The notes: a model not told the origin generated them from the letters alone. DNA of 64,000 bases from an uncultured delta proteobacterium (GCA_963767925.1 CAVYGB010000002.1:1216001-1280000); one strand, 5' to 3'. Numbered from the stretch's first letter, positions 11,615 to 22,199 are shown. Translations and numbers: made by a program.

Positions 11615-12427
11615 ATGAATCCTGCTTTCCTGATTTCAGAATTGAGGTTTAGCGCGCTACACGGCGCCAATATTCGGGACTGCTGGCGCCTGGCGAAGAA
11701 CTCGGTTCGCGGCCGTCTCCAGCAATCTCAGGCGCCCGGAAGGATCGATCACGTCGTTCTGAAGTTTCCCAACAACAGCCTGAGCGTGGCCCTTCGCAGG
11801 GGCAACACCGATACCGCCGTGCTGATGCAGGTGTTTCACTACGGCGAGTACAACCCGGCTCAGATCGATTTTGGCTCCGTCCGGACGGTGGTCGACGCCG
11901 GCGCCAACATCGGCCTCTCCAGCCTGTATTTCTGGTCCCGGTGGCGTCCTCGGCGGATCCTGGCCATAGAGCCGGATGAATCGAATCTATGGATGCTCCG
12001 CCGGAACCTCACGGAGTTGAACGGTCCGGTCGCCGAGATCATCCCCGCAGCACTCTGGCGCGACCCGGTGCCGCTGGTTCTTCGCAGAGGCACCTCCGCG
12101 GTATCAGCGAGGGCCGAGACGTCGTCGGCCACTTCCCCGGGCGACATCCAGGTCGACACCATCACCCCGGCGATGCTCATCGAGAAGCTGGGAGGGACAG
12201 ACATCGATGTGTTCAAGATCGACATCGAGGGCGGAGAGCTCTCGCTGTTCTCTGCGAGCAACCTGGGGGAGTGGGTCCGAAGGGTCCGCTTCTTTCTGAT
12301 GGAGTGCCACAGTCACTTTGGATTTGGAGCGAGCCCCGCTGTCATCGCCAGGGCGCTGGAGCCGCATGGCTTCGAGGTGATCGTCTACAGCCCCGAGAAG
12401 GGCCTGGTTTGCGCCCGACGTCGATAG
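11615..12427 (+). CDS. FkbM-family methyltransferase
   Basis: VVDAGANIG, AIEPD, KIDIEGGE. Confidence 0.9.
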   Translation: MNPAFLISELRFSALHGANIRDCWRLAKNSVRGRLQQSQAPGRIDHVVLKFPNNSLSVALRRGNTDTAVLMQVFHYGEYNPAQIDFGSVRTVVDAGANIGLSSLYFWSRWRPRRILAIEPDESNLWMLRRNLTELNGPVAEIIPAALWRDPVPLVLRRGTSAVSARAETSSATSPGDIQVDTITPAMLIEKLGGTDIDVFKIDIEGGELSLFSASNLGEWVRRVRFFLMECHSHFGFGASPAVIARALEPHGFEVIVYSPEKGLVCARRR

Positions 12428-12747
12428 GGGCGCCCCAGACCGGCCGCGCCGGGTAGCGGCGATCACTGTTTTACGCCCGGTTCGGCCCGGGCTGGCCGAG
12501 CCGCCGGGCTTCGTCCACCTCTACGGACCTATCCAGAGTCGGGTTCGGCTATGAGCCGGCGATGGTCGCGTCGGGCCCCGCCAGCCTCCGTGAGCTCTGT
12601 GACCCTCGCTTCGCGCCCAGCCTCGATGTGGCGACGGAAGAGCAACGGGAGCGCAACGCAGTGGTGGACGGCAAAGCCCAAGAGGTGGTATGGTTCCGAG
12701 GCACTGTTCGTATCCCCAGCGGACGCGCCGTCCAATCGGAGCCAAGC

Positions 12748-13842
12748 GTGTACAGTATCAAGATCATCGGAGCGGGGTCGATCGGGAACCATCTGGCGAA
12801 TGCGGCTCGTAGCCGCAACTGGAAGGTGACCCTCACCGACATCGACCCGCAAGCGCTCAAGCGTGCCAGGGAGAGTATCTATCCGAGCCGCTACGGCTCG
12901 TGGGACGAGGCCATCGCGCTCAAAGACACCCGGGCAGCCATGTCGGATCCGGCAGACGTGGTGTTCGTGGGCACGCCGCCCGACAGCCACTTGCCCCTGG
13001 CCCTGGAGGTGCTGGAGGCGGCGCCACCTCGCGCGCTGGTCATCGAGAAGCCGCTGTGTGGCCCCGACCTGGAAGGCTGCGCGACGCTGTGGGAGCGGGC
13101 CCGCAGCCTGGGGCTGTTTGTCGGGGTCGGTTACAACCACGTGCTGGGAAGCAATACCGTGGCTGCCGAGAAGCTTCTGGCAGAGCGGCCGATTGGCCCC
13201 ATCGAGACCATCTCTTCGCGGACGCGCGAGCACTGGGGGGGCATCTTCAAGGCTCATCCCTGGCTCTCCGGTCCTGCCGATTCGTACCTGGGGCACATCC
13301 GGCGGGGCGGCGGGGCCATCGGGGAGCATTCCCATGCGCTCAATCTCTGGCAGCACTTCGCCCACCTGGTCGGGGCGGGGCGGGTGGCCGAGGTCTCGTG
13401 CGCCCTGGATGTGGTCAAGGACAAGACCGTTGAATACGACCGTGTCTGTCTGATGAGCCTCCGGACTGAGGAGGGGCTGGTGGGCGACGTCATTCAGGAC
13501 GTGGTGACCGCACCTACCGACAAATCGCTCCGTATTCAGGGCAAGGGGGGGTTCCTCGAGTGGTACGTCAACTACCAGCCGGGGGCGGACGCAGTGATCA
13601 TGGGCACCGGTGAACAGGCTCAGCCGCCAGTCCTGCTGCCCAAGACCCGCGCCGACGACTTCAAGGCCGAGGTGGACCACATTGCTGGTGTGCTCTCGGG
13701 GTCGGTGAAGGGCTCGCCCATCTCCCTGCAGCGTGGCCTTGACACCATGATGGTGATCGCGGCGGCGCTGAAGTCGCACCAGACGGGGCGACGGGTTTCC
13801 ATCGACTGGCAGCAAGGCTATCAACCGGCCGCGCTTCGTTAA
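12748..13842 (+). CDS. Gfo/Idh/MocA-family oxidoreductase
   Basis: IIGAGSIG Rossmann motif immediately after GTG at 12748, GTPPDSH, IEKPL, GGGAIGEHSH. Confidence 0.9.
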   Translation: MYSIKIIGAGSIGNHLANAARSRNWKVTLTDIDPQALKRARESIYPSRYGSWDEAIALKDTRAAMSDPADVVFVGTPPDSHLPLALEVLEAAPPRALVIEKPLCGPDLEGCATLWERARSLGLFVGVGYNHVLGSNTVAAEKLLAERPIGPIETISSRTREHWGGIFKAHPWLSGPADSYLGHIRRGGGAIGEHSHALNLWQHFAHLVGAGRVAEVSCALDVVKDKTVEYDRVCLMSLRTEEGLVGDVIQDVVTAPTDKSLRIQGKGGFLEWYVNYQPGADAVIMGTGEQAQPPVLLPKTRADDFKAEVDHIAGVLSGSVKGSPISLQRGLDTMMVIAAALKSHQTGRRVSIDWQQGYQPAALR

Positions 13843-13863
13843 CAACCACGTCGGTAACAAAAA

Positions 13864-15399
13864 ATGCGGAAGAAACCCTTCGATTTCTCGAACCTCTTCA
13901 TCTACGACCTGGCCAACAACCATCAGGGCGATGTCGAACACGCGGCGAACGTGATTCGAGGGATCGGCCGGGTGAATGCTGCCGCCGGCGTGCGCGGAGC
14001 TCTGAAGTTCCAGTTCCGGCAGCTCGAGACATTCATCCATCCCGACTTCCGAACTCGCACCGATCTCAAGTACATAAAGCGATTCATGGACACGCGATTG
14101 CCTCAGAAGGCTTTCGCCGACATGGCCGATCTCATCCGGGAATGCAAGATGTTGACCATGTGCACTCCTTTCGACGAGGAGTCGGTCGACATCATCTGTC
14201 AGATGGACCTGGATATCATCAAGGTCGCCAGCGCCTCGGCCGACGATCGCCCCCTGCTGGAGAAGATCGCCCGGGTGAACAAGCCCATCGTGGTCTCCAC
14301 CGCGGGCCTCCGCACCGAGGAGATTGACTGGCTGGTCAACTTTCTGGAGAGCAACCGGGCAGAGTTCGCAGTCATGCACTGCGTGGCGGAATATCCGACG
14401 CCCGACAACAAGCTGCAACTCAACCAGATTCAGTTCCTGTCCGAGCGCTACCGGGGGGTCCCGATCGGGTGGTCGACACATGAGAATCCAGACAACCTGG
14501 ATCCCATAAAGATTGCCTACGCAGCCGGAGCCCGTCTGTTCGAGCGTCATGTTGGCTTGCAGACCCCTCAGCACAAGCTGAACGAGTATTCGTCCACGCC
14601 CGAGCAGATCGAGCGCTGGCTGGGGGCCCACCAGCAGGTGAAGGCCATGATGGGCGCCTCCGAACGCGCGCCATCCTCGGTGGCCGAGCGCCAGACCCTG
14701 CGCGACCTGAAGCGGGGAGTCTTCGCCAAGAGGGACATCACCAAGGGAAACGAGATCTCACGGGATGACGTCTTTTTCGCCATGCCCGTGCAAGGTGAGC
14801 AACTCCTGAGCAGCCAGTGGCGCCCAGGCATGATCGCCAACGCCGACTACCGAGCCAAGGCCGCCCTGCCCAAGACTCTCGGGTTCCAGGAGGTCACCGA
14901 CGAGCAGTTGATCTACCAGATCATGCTGCAAGTGCGGGGCATGCTGAACAAGGCCAACATCCACATCAACGAGGATGCCAGCATCGAGATCTCGCATCAC
15001 TACGGCCTCCGCAGGTTCCGTGAATACGGGGCGGTGATCATTACCTGTGTCAACCGCGGCTACGCGAAAAAGCTCGTCATCCAGCTTCCCCGGCAGAAGC
15101 ACCCCTACCACTATCACGAGCAAAAGGAAGAGACCTTCCAGCTACTGGACGGCGACCTGGAGATCGTGAAAGAGGGCGAGCGGACCTCGTTGCGCGAGGG
15201 CGACACATTCCTTGTCGAACCGCGTGCCTGGCACAAGTTCCATACGCTGGCCGGAGCCATCGTCGAAGAAGTGTCCACTACCCATAGCAACAATGACTCG
15301 TTCTACGAGGATCCGGAGATAGCCAAGCTGAGTCGGGAGGAGCGCAAGACCAAGGCCGACGGCTGGCTGGCGTATTTCCGATCCAGACATGCGCTTTGA
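13864..15399 (+). CDS. NeuB/SpsE-family nonulosonate synthase with SAF domain and C-terminal cupin
   Basis: DLANNHQGD, KFQ, TPFD, KVASA, VSTAG, MHCVAEYPT, GWSTHE, FERH; C-terminal KKL...QKHPYHYH..KEETF...WHKF...EEVST cupin. Confidence 0.9.
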   Translation: MRKKPFDFSNLFIYDLANNHQGDVEHAANVIRGIGRVNAAAGVRGALKFQFRQLETFIHPDFRTRTDLKYIKRFMDTRLPQKAFADMADLIRECKMLTMCTPFDEESVDIICQMDLDIIKVASASADDRPLLEKIARVNKPIVVSTAGLRTEEIDWLVNFLESNRAEFAVMHCVAEYPTPDNKLQLNQIQFLSERYRGVPIGWSTHENPDNLDPIKIAYAAGARLFERHVGLQTPQHKLNEYSSTPEQIERWLGAHQQVKAMMGASERAPSSVAERQTLRDLKRGVFAKRDITKGNEISRDDVFFAMPVQGEQLLSSQWRPGMIANADYRAKAALPKTLGFQEVTDEQLIYQIMLQVRGMLNKANIHINEDASIEISHHYGLRRFREYGAVIITCVNRGYAKKLVIQLPRQKHPYHYHEQKEETFQLLDGDLEIVKEGERTSLREGDTFLVEPRAWHKFHTLAGAIVEEVSTTHSNNDSFYEDPEIAKLSREERKTKADGWLAYFRSRHAL

Positions 15400-16003
15400 A
15401 GTCGTCATCTTCGACTTCGACGGCACGCTGGTCGACTCGGCCCGGGCCAAGTGTCAGGCGTTCTTCTCACTATTTCCTTCTTCTGACGAACATCGCAGGG
15501 TGGTAGCCTCCGTGCTCGAACGAGATCCCGACGGTTCTCGCTACCGGGTCATACCGCTGATGTTCCAGGAGATGGTCGACCGAGGACTGAGCTTGCCCGC
15601 TCACCACAGCGCGAGCGAGCGGATCGAGGCTTACGGCGAGCTGGTCCTGGCGGCGGTCCGACAGGCGCAGGAAATTCGCGGCGCCGGCGAGTTGCTCCAG
15701 GGACTGCGCGGGCGCTGCACCGCCTACATAAGCTCGAACACTCCGGAGCCGGCGCTCCGCAGCTCGGTCGCCGCCCGGGGTTGGAACGGTTTGGTCGCGG
15801 GCGTGTTTGGCTATCCCCGCGACAAGGCCAGCACCGCTCGGGAGGTGATCCATCGCCACGGCTGCCCGCCCGCCAGAGTGGCCGTGGTGGGCGACGGCGA
15901 GAGCGACGCCCACTCGGCCCACAGTAACGGCTGCGCCTTCTTTCTCGTCCGGCAGGGCGAGGATCTGCGGGAAGTCACGAGAGCACTGGGAGACCAGGAT
16001 TGA
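15389..16003 (+). CDS. HAD-family phosphatase
   Basis: FDFDGTLVDS, SSN, K, VGDGESD motifs. Confidence 0.9.
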   Translation: MRFEVVIFDFDGTLVDSARAKCQAFFSLFPSSDEHRRVVASVLERDPDGSRYRVIPLMFQEMVDRGLSLPAHHSASERIEAYGELVLAAVRQAQEIRGAGELLQGLRGRCTAYISSNTPEPALRSSVAARGWNGLVAGVFGYPRDKASTAREVIHRHGCPPARVAVVGDGESDAHSAHSNGCAFFLVRQGEDLREVTRALGDQD

Positions 16004-17652
16004 TCAACGGCAGGCGGGTCTTGCTGGTAGTACCAGCCCGCGGCGGCAGTCAGGGCATCAAGCTCAAGAACCTGCAGACGGTGGCCGGAACTCCTCTCGT
16101 CAGTTTGGCGGGACGGGTGGCGCAGCAACTGGAGTTCGTGGATCGGGCCATCGTGTCTACCGACCATCCGGAGATTGCGCGGGTGGCGGCCAGCGCCGGC
16201 CTGGCGGCGCCGTTCGTGCGGCCCGAGGAGCTGTCCGGGCCGGTGATTAGCGACTGGCAGGTGCTCTCGCACGCGCTGGCCGAAGTGGAGCGGCTCGACA
16301 AGGTCTTCTACGACATCGTCCTCATGCTGCAGCCCACGTCTCCCGGTCGGACCGCAACGCATGTGCGGGATACAGTCGGCCGGTTGATCGAAGGCCAGTT
16401 CGACGCCGTCTGGACGGTCAGTCCAACCGATACCAAGGCACACCCGCTCAAGCAGCTTCTGGTCGAGGCGGACGGGCGCCTGGAATATTACGCCGCGGAG
16501 GGCGCCAAGATCGTCGCCCGGCAGCAGCTGAAGCCCGTCTATCACCGCAATGGCGTCTGTTACGCCTTCACCCGGAAGGCGCTGGTCGAGGAAAAGACGA
16601 TCAAGGCCACGCGCACGGGCGCGCTGATAATCGACACCACGCTGGTCAATATCGACACTCCTCAGGACCTGGAGCTAGCGAACCGCGTCGCAGCCGGGGC
16701 GGCTCCGATACCCGAGGCGACCGCATCGAAACCCGAGGGAGCGTCGCCCCCGGACCGCGCGGCAACCCTCTGCCCGGTGTGTTCGAGCGACCAGGCGGAG
16801 AACATCTATGCCGGCCCGGTACGGGCCGGGGTTTTCGGCACGTTCGTGCCAGGTCGAATTGCCCGCTGCGCGAGCTGTGACGTGGACCAGCTCCACGTGG
16901 CACAGGCCCTGGACGATGAGGTCTACCGGACCGGTGAATACCGAGAGATGGTAGGTGAAAAGAAGGAGGCTCGGGCATTTCTGGAGCTGCACGACCGCGA
17001 GCAGCTGGAGAAGCTGCCGTTCGTCAGCCCTTATCTTCGGCGCGGCTCGGTCGTGGCCGACATAGGGTGCGGCGGCGGCGCCTTCCTGGATCTGGTGAAA
17101 GGCGTGGCGGGCAGCACCATTGCCGTCGAGCTAACGGAGTCATTTCATGCGTCGCTGCGCAGTCGCGGGCACCACGTGTTCTCGCGGGCGGACGATTGCA
17201 TCGGGTCGCATGCCGCTTCTGTGGATCTGGCGGTCTCGTTCAGTGTGATCGAACACGTACCCGATCCCTTGCCGTTCTTGAGCACGATCCAAGCACTGCT
17301 CAAGCCTGGCGGCACGGTGGTCATTAGCACGCCCAACCGCAACGACGTGCTCATGAAGCACGGCCTTCCGGAGTACCGAGCCTTCTTTTATCGTTTGGTC
17401 CACCGCTTCTACTTCGATGCAGGGTCGCTCACGCGAATCTGCGAGCGAGCGGGCCTGGAGGTGCTGGAGGTCCGGTACCGTCAACGGTTCGGCTTCAGTA
17501 ACTTCGCGAACTGGCTAGCCCAGAGACGTCCAACCGGTCGCGGCGCCGAACTGCTGCTGAGCCCCGACTTCGACAAGATCTGGCGCTGCGAGCTGGAGCG
17601 CGACGGAATGGCTGACTACCTCTATGTGGTGGCTCGCAGGAAAGGCGCCTGA
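16000..17652 (+). CDS. NeuA-type acylneuraminate cytidylyltransferase fused to a class I SAM methyltransferase
   Basis: PARGGSQGIKLKN, VSTD, LQPTSP, NIDTPQD; then CPVC/CASC, DIGCGGG, VIEHVPDP, ISTPN in a single open frame. Confidence 0.9.
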   Translation: MINGRRVLLVVPARGGSQGIKLKNLQTVAGTPLVSLAGRVAQQLEFVDRAIVSTDHPEIARVAASAGLAAPFVRPEELSGPVISDWQVLSHALAEVERLDKVFYDIVLMLQPTSPGRTATHVRDTVGRLIEGQFDAVWTVSPTDTKAHPLKQLLVEADGRLEYYAAEGAKIVARQQLKPVYHRNGVCYAFTRKALVEEKTIKATRTGALIIDTTLVNIDTPQDLELANRVAAGAAPIPEATASKPEGASPPDRAATLCPVCSSDQAENIYAGPVRAGVFGTFVPGRIARCASCDVDQLHVAQALDDEVYRTGEYREMVGEKKEARAFLELHDREQLEKLPFVSPYLRRGSVVADIGCGGGAFLDLVKGVAGSTIAVELTESFHASLRSRGHHVFSRADDCIGSHAASVDLAVSFSVIEHVPDPLPFLSTIQALLKPGGTVVISTPNRNDVLMKHGLPEYRAFFYRLVHRFYFDAGSLTRICERAGLEVLEVRYRQRFGFSNFANWLAQRRPTGRGAELLLSPDFDKIWRCELERDGMADYLYVVARRKGA

Positions 17653-17677
17653 TAGGCGGCTGGCGGCGCCGCATTCG

Positions 17678-18634
17678 CTAGCGGGAGGCGGCCGGGGCGA
17701 AGCAGACGAACAGGGTGTCGGTGGTTCCGTTTGATTCGAGGTACTCGCGGTACTGAGGGTCCAGAGCTTTGGCCAGGTCCGCGAAGACCTCTCCCGCCCC
17801 CGGTCGCCTGGTTGCCAACCAGTTGAGATGGTTGGCCAGGCCATAGCGCTGCATGCCCTGCGATCCGAGAATGCGCTGACCAGCGCTCTCGAGCAGTCTG
17901 CGGATCGACGTAGCCGAGTAGATGAACGGGTGCTGTGCCTGGAAGTAGAAGTCCTTGAATTCTTCGATGGCGTACAGGGACAGGAGGGGATCGGACAGAG
18001 CGGGGATCTCGATGACCAAAACTCCGTCGCCCGTCAAGAGGCCAGCCAGCTTCTCCAACTCCGCGAAAGGATCTTCGAAATGCTCGAAGACGTGAAACAG
18101 GCAGATTAGGTCGAACTTTCGCGAGCCGAGATCTTCGACCCCTGCGGTCATGTTCAGACTTCGGGCGAGAGCCTCGGAACGGTGTGGGGCGCTAGGCTCC
18201 ACGCCCGAGCAAGCCGCTCCTGGCATCCCCTCGACCAGTTTGCCCAGGAATGTCCCGTCGGAAGCGCCGACCTCCAGCACCGTCGCTGGCGGTCGCTGGC
18301 AGTGGGTCGACACAAGCGTCTGCAGGCACTCGAAGCGACGGTTCAAATAGCGCTCCTGAACCTTGGGGTCCTTGACGCCTAGCTTCTTGCTCCGCGGTAC
18401 GTAGCTCCGGTAGTCCACCCGAGGACGCGGATGTATCACAGCAAAATCTCGGCCCTCGTTCAGGTAAACGGCGTGGGTGGCGTCCTCATAGATCCGGTTG
18501 TGGAAGCGGGTGAAGACCTCGTCCTCGAAAAAGGACAATCCCAGCGAGCGCCCGGTGAAGCTTCCCTCCAGGCTCGAAGGCGTTGGCAGGCCCTGGGCCT
18601 TGGCCGGCGCAAGGTGGTCAGAGAGGTCCATCAC
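17678..18634 (-). CDS. Class I SAM-dependent methyltransferase
   Basis: VLEVGASDG, GVEPS, FHVFEHFEDP, IEIP. Confidence 0.88.
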   Translation of the reverse strand: MMDLSDHLAPAKAQGLPTPSSLEGSFTGRSLGLSFFEDEVFTRFHNRIYEDATHAVYLNEGRDFAVIHPRPRVDYRSYVPRSKKLGVKDPKVQERYLNRRFECLQTLVSTHCQRPPATVLEVGASDGTFLGKLVEGMPGAACSGVEPSAPHRSEALARSLNMTAGVEDLGSRKFDLICLFHVFEHFEDPFAELEKLAGLLTGDGVLVIEIPALSDPLLSLYAIEEFKDFYFQAQHPFIYSATSIRRLLESAGQRILGSQGMQRYGLANHLNWLATRRPGAGEVFADLAKALDPQYREYLESNGTTDTLFVCFAPAASR

Positions 18635-18969
18635 CGATGATTATGACGAAACTCGTCGGCCTGTCTATCCCCGCGAATGGTCCTGCTGAGTCTTGAGCAT
18701 GCCGGCTGGCATCTCGGTTCCGCAGGGCAAAGCGTCGGTCAGCATCGGCGCAGACGGCTTCTCGGCGACCTCGGGACGCGGCACGGCCGCATCCCATCCC
18801 GAGAGGGCGGTATTTCCGCGCAGGTCGGACTCAAATTCGGCATCGCAGATTTGGCCACACCGATTGGGCCACGCAGCTTGGCCCAATGTTCGGCCCACCC
18901 CCGGGTACCAAAGCTTCACCAGGCTGCCCCAGTGGGCCGAAATAGTATAAGCTGGGGCGTGAGGTTCGC

Positions 18970-20361
18970 GTGAACAGGCTCAATCTGTTGTTCCCTGTCG
19001 AGACGATTAACCGAGAACTCGACTTTCGTTTGTTCCTGGCTGTGATGTGCGCTACGCCCCGGAACCAGATTTTCATCGGCCAGCACGACGCAGTCTTTGG
19101 CCTGTCCCGTTTCACCGAGGGCGGTGTCTACGTCGGAAAGCACATCTTTCGCGATCGATTCCCTATCGAAACCGGCGCCCGCTATCGCGAGATAAAGGGG
19201 CGGGGCTATTCGCTCGTACATCTGGACGAAGAAGGGGCCATCTACTACGGCGGACCTCGAGAGTGGGAGGCAGCCCTGAACGCTCGCGTGGACACGAGCC
19301 TCATGGACGAGGAAGACTACGTCTGCACCTGGGGCGATTTTCAACTCCAGCACTTCAAGCGGAAGAAGCCGAAAAACCTGGAGAACATCCGCAACACTGG
19401 TCACCCTCGGTTCGATCTCTTCAAACCGCTCTATCGCAGCTTCTTTCAGGGGGAGCTGCGCAAGCTCGCGGGATACGGGCGGTTCGTTTTGATAAACACG
19501 AAACTGGCACCCGTGAACCCGGGACTGGGAAGGGAAGATGCTTTCGCCCATTATCGCGGCTACGACCGTTCCAATCCGACTGTACGCATCGGGTTCATCG
19601 AGGCCTACGCCCACTACACCAAGATCCTCGTGAATTTTGTCAGTCTGATCAACCGGATGAGCATCGACTTTCCGGATTTCAACTTCGTCATCCGGCCCCA
19701 TCCATCCGAGGACTTGCAGTACTATCGGACCATATTTCAGGGAATCGGCAACGTGCACGTCGTTCATAGGGGAAGCATTCCGGCGTGGCTGTTCGCGTGC
19801 GAGGTGATGGTTCACGACGGCTGCACCACGGGTGTCGAGGCTCATCTCGCGGGGAACAACATCATCAACTTCAAGTCCCTGGAGAACGAGCGTTACGATT
19901 CGTTGCTTCCCAATGCGTTCGGGACCAAGTGCGCCAACCAGGAAGAGGTATTCGCGGCCCTACGCAGGCTGCGTGACGGAGAAAAGCTGCCCACATCGAT
20001 TCCGACCGACACCGCGCGATCATTGATCAGCAACCTGGATCAACCCTCCTTCCCTCGGCTGCTGTCCGTGATTGACGAAAGCCAGGAAAGAACGCTCACG
20101 CGACAACGCGGGCGCCTCGGGTTCCGCCGCAACGAATTCAAGCTCTACGCCCTAGGGCAGCGCGCTGAAAAGATCGGCCGTGCGGCTGTACGGGCGCTCT
20201 TCCCAAAGAAGATGCGTCGCCATCGCGCGTATAGCAGCATGTTTTACGGTCTAAACCGGGACGACCTGGATACCAAGCTCACCGAGGTCAGCCGAATCGT
20301 CAAGCGCCGGGTCGAATGGGAGCTCTTGAGCCCCGACCTCCTGACGGTCTGGCAAGCCTAG
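18970..20361 (+). CDS. Surface carbohydrate biosynthesis protein (possible nonulosonate transferase, GT-B-like)
   Basis: PVETINRELD, LDEEG, TGHPRFDL, RPHPSE, HDGCTTGVEA motifs typical of this family, which is often found beside neu genes. Confidence 0.75.
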   Translation: MNRLNLLFPVETINRELDFRLFLAVMCATPRNQIFIGQHDAVFGLSRFTEGGVYVGKHIFRDRFPIETGARYREIKGRGYSLVHLDEEGAIYYGGPREWEAALNARVDTSLMDEEDYVCTWGDFQLQHFKRKKPKNLENIRNTGHPRFDLFKPLYRSFFQGELRKLAGYGRFVLINTKLAPVNPGLGREDAFAHYRGYDRSNPTVRIGFIEAYAHYTKILVNFVSLINRMSIDFPDFNFVIRPHPSEDLQYYRTIFQGIGNVHVVHRGSIPAWLFACEVMVHDGCTTGVEAHLAGNNIINFKSLENERYDSLLPNAFGTKCANQEEVFAALRRLRDGEKLPTSIPTDTARSLISNLDQPSFPRLLSVIDESQERTLTRQRGRLGFRRNEFKLYALGQRAEKIGRAAVRALFPKKMRRHRAYSSMFYGLNRDDLDTKLTEVSRIVKRRVEWELLSPDLLTVWQA

Positions 20362-20435
20362 ATCCCCGGCGGGACAGAGGTCGGAGCCGAACAGGCCCGG
20401 TCGAGTCGAGCCCGAGCTTCGGCGCTCCCCGCTCT

Positions 20436-21851
20436 TCACTTCTTCGCCTCCTTCAGCATCAGCCCCAGGCCAGAACCGGGCAGCGTTCGATGCAGGATCC
20501 AGCTCGCACCGGTGTAGACGGCCAGGAACACGAGGCCGTAGCCCATCAGAGGCAGCCAGGTCGGGGGCGCGGCAGGTAGCAGCAGCACGATTGCCATCGC
20601 CAGGAGGGAAGCGACGGTGGGAGCGACGAAGGGGAGGACGAGGTCGCGCCAACGGAGGTCGAGAGCCGAACGAAGTGCCGCGGCCCAGGCGGGCATCGCC
20701 AGCGCGGCGGCGAGGACCACGGCCCAGGCGGCGCCCGCCGTGCCGTAGAGCCGCGTACCCGGATACAGCAGACCAAGAAGGGCGACCACCTGGATGAGCT
20801 TCAGCGCGAAGTCCGCGCGGGTGTGCCCCAGCGCGCGCAGCACGGGCGGCGCGGTGTCGATGATCGCCCGCAGCAGGGCGGCGACCGCCAAAATCTGCAA
20901 GGGCGGAACGGCCGGCGTCCACCCCGGGCCAAGCAGCAGCGGTAGCAAGATCGAACCGAACAGGATGAGCCCAACCGTGACCGGCAAGATGATGGTCGCA
21001 ACCAGCCCGAGCACGGCTCCCAGGTTGGCGACGACGCGGCTGCGGTCGTGCTGGATCTTCGCGAACGCGGGGAAGGCCACGCGAGCGACGATCCACTGCA
21101 GACTCAGAGGCCCCTCGGTGGCGAGCTGGTATGCCATCCGGTATTGTGCCAGGGGCTCGGTTCCCAGCACGCGGCCGGTCACCGCCTTGTCGCTGGTCTC
21201 GAGGACGAAGCTCGCGACGGTGTAGCCGGTCAGCCATTTGGTGTACTGGAACATCTCGCGCGCCTTGGCCAGATCGAAGCCCAGCCGGGCCCGCACAGGT
21301 GAGATCAGGTAGCTCACTGCGGTGCGGGTGGTGAACCCCGCCACCAGACCGAGCACCGGACCCCAGATGTTGCGCAGCCAGAACGAGAGGGCGATAGTCA
21401 CGCAGGCGTACACCAAGGCTTCCACCGCGTAGTTGTAAAACAGCCGATCGAAGCGCAGCTCGCGCGTGAGCACGGCGGTGCTGATGCTGTGAAAGCCCAT
21501 CACGACATAGGACAGGCCCAGCACCCGCAAGGCAGTGGTGGCCTCCGGGACCCGAAAGTAGGCGCACCAGTAGGGCGCGAGCGCGAACTCCACGCCGTAG
21601 ATCATAAGGGCGCGTACGATCTGGGCGGTCCAGGCGGTGTCGAGGTACGGCCTGGGATCCTGTTTCATCTGCACTAGGGCTGCGTTGAAGCCCAGCGCCG
21701 TGATCGCCTGCAGCCCGGCGTCGGCGATGAGGATGACACCGAAGGCGCCCAGCTCGGCTTGCGGCAGGAGGCGCGCGACGAACAGCGTTGCGATTACCCC
21801 GAGAGCGCGCGTGAACAGACGTAAAAATAGCGTCCATCGGGCCCCGGTCAT
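20436..21851 (-). CDS. wzx: Wzx flippase (MOP family polysaccharide biosynthesis protein)
   Basis: Polytopic; ARLL...G, ALVQ, DKAVTGRVLG, VAFPAFAKIQ pattern of WzxC-like flippases. Confidence 0.88.
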   Translation of the reverse strand: MTGARWTLFLRLFTRALGVIATLFVARLLPQAELGAFGVILIADAGLQAITALGFNAALVQMKQDPRPYLDTAWTAQIVRALMIYGVEFALAPYWCAYFRVPEATTALRVLGLSYVVMGFHSISTAVLTRELRFDRLFYNYAVEALVYACVTIALSFWLRNIWGPVLGLVAGFTTRTAVSYLISPVRARLGFDLAKAREMFQYTKWLTGYTVASFVLETSDKAVTGRVLGTEPLAQYRMAYQLATEGPLSLQWIVARVAFPAFAKIQHDRSRVVANLGAVLGLVATIILPVTVGLILFGSILLPLLLGPGWTPAVPPLQILAVAALLRAIIDTAPPVLRALGHTRADFALKLIQVVALLGLLYPGTRLYGTAGAAWAVVLAAALAMPAWAAALRSALDLRWRDLVLPFVAPTVASLLAMAIVLLLPAAPPTWLPLMGYGLVFLAVYTGASWILHRTLPGSGLGLMLKEAKK

Positions 21852-22199
21852 GATACGGGTCCACAGCTTGGGCTCGCGAGGCGTCGGTTGGCTCAGAGGT
21901 GCTCTCTTGCCAGGTCGCTAGTAAACCGGCCGAGGCCGGCCGGACAGATGTCTGCTCTCTCTGGACGGCGCGTTCAAGCCGGGCCCGTCAGCTGTTCTGG
22001 GATGCGGTCCAATGTGCCGCTCGCCAGCGGTCACTCGCTGAGAGAGGCGCTGAGTGGGGCTCGGCGTTTTTCCTGCCATCTCGCGCCGATTGGAGGGTAG
22101 CACAGCGCTGGCACCTGCCGGGATACCTCCTCGGTCGCTTTACACCAAGCTGATGTCTTGCAAAGATGGGGACCGGGCGACAGAGGGGACGCGTCCTCA

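Noticed and set aside
12529..14631. 700-aa minus-strand ORF (likewise 29364..31535, 44538..46394 and 47370..49067 on the plus strand)
   Set aside because: Antisense shadows of well-supported genes
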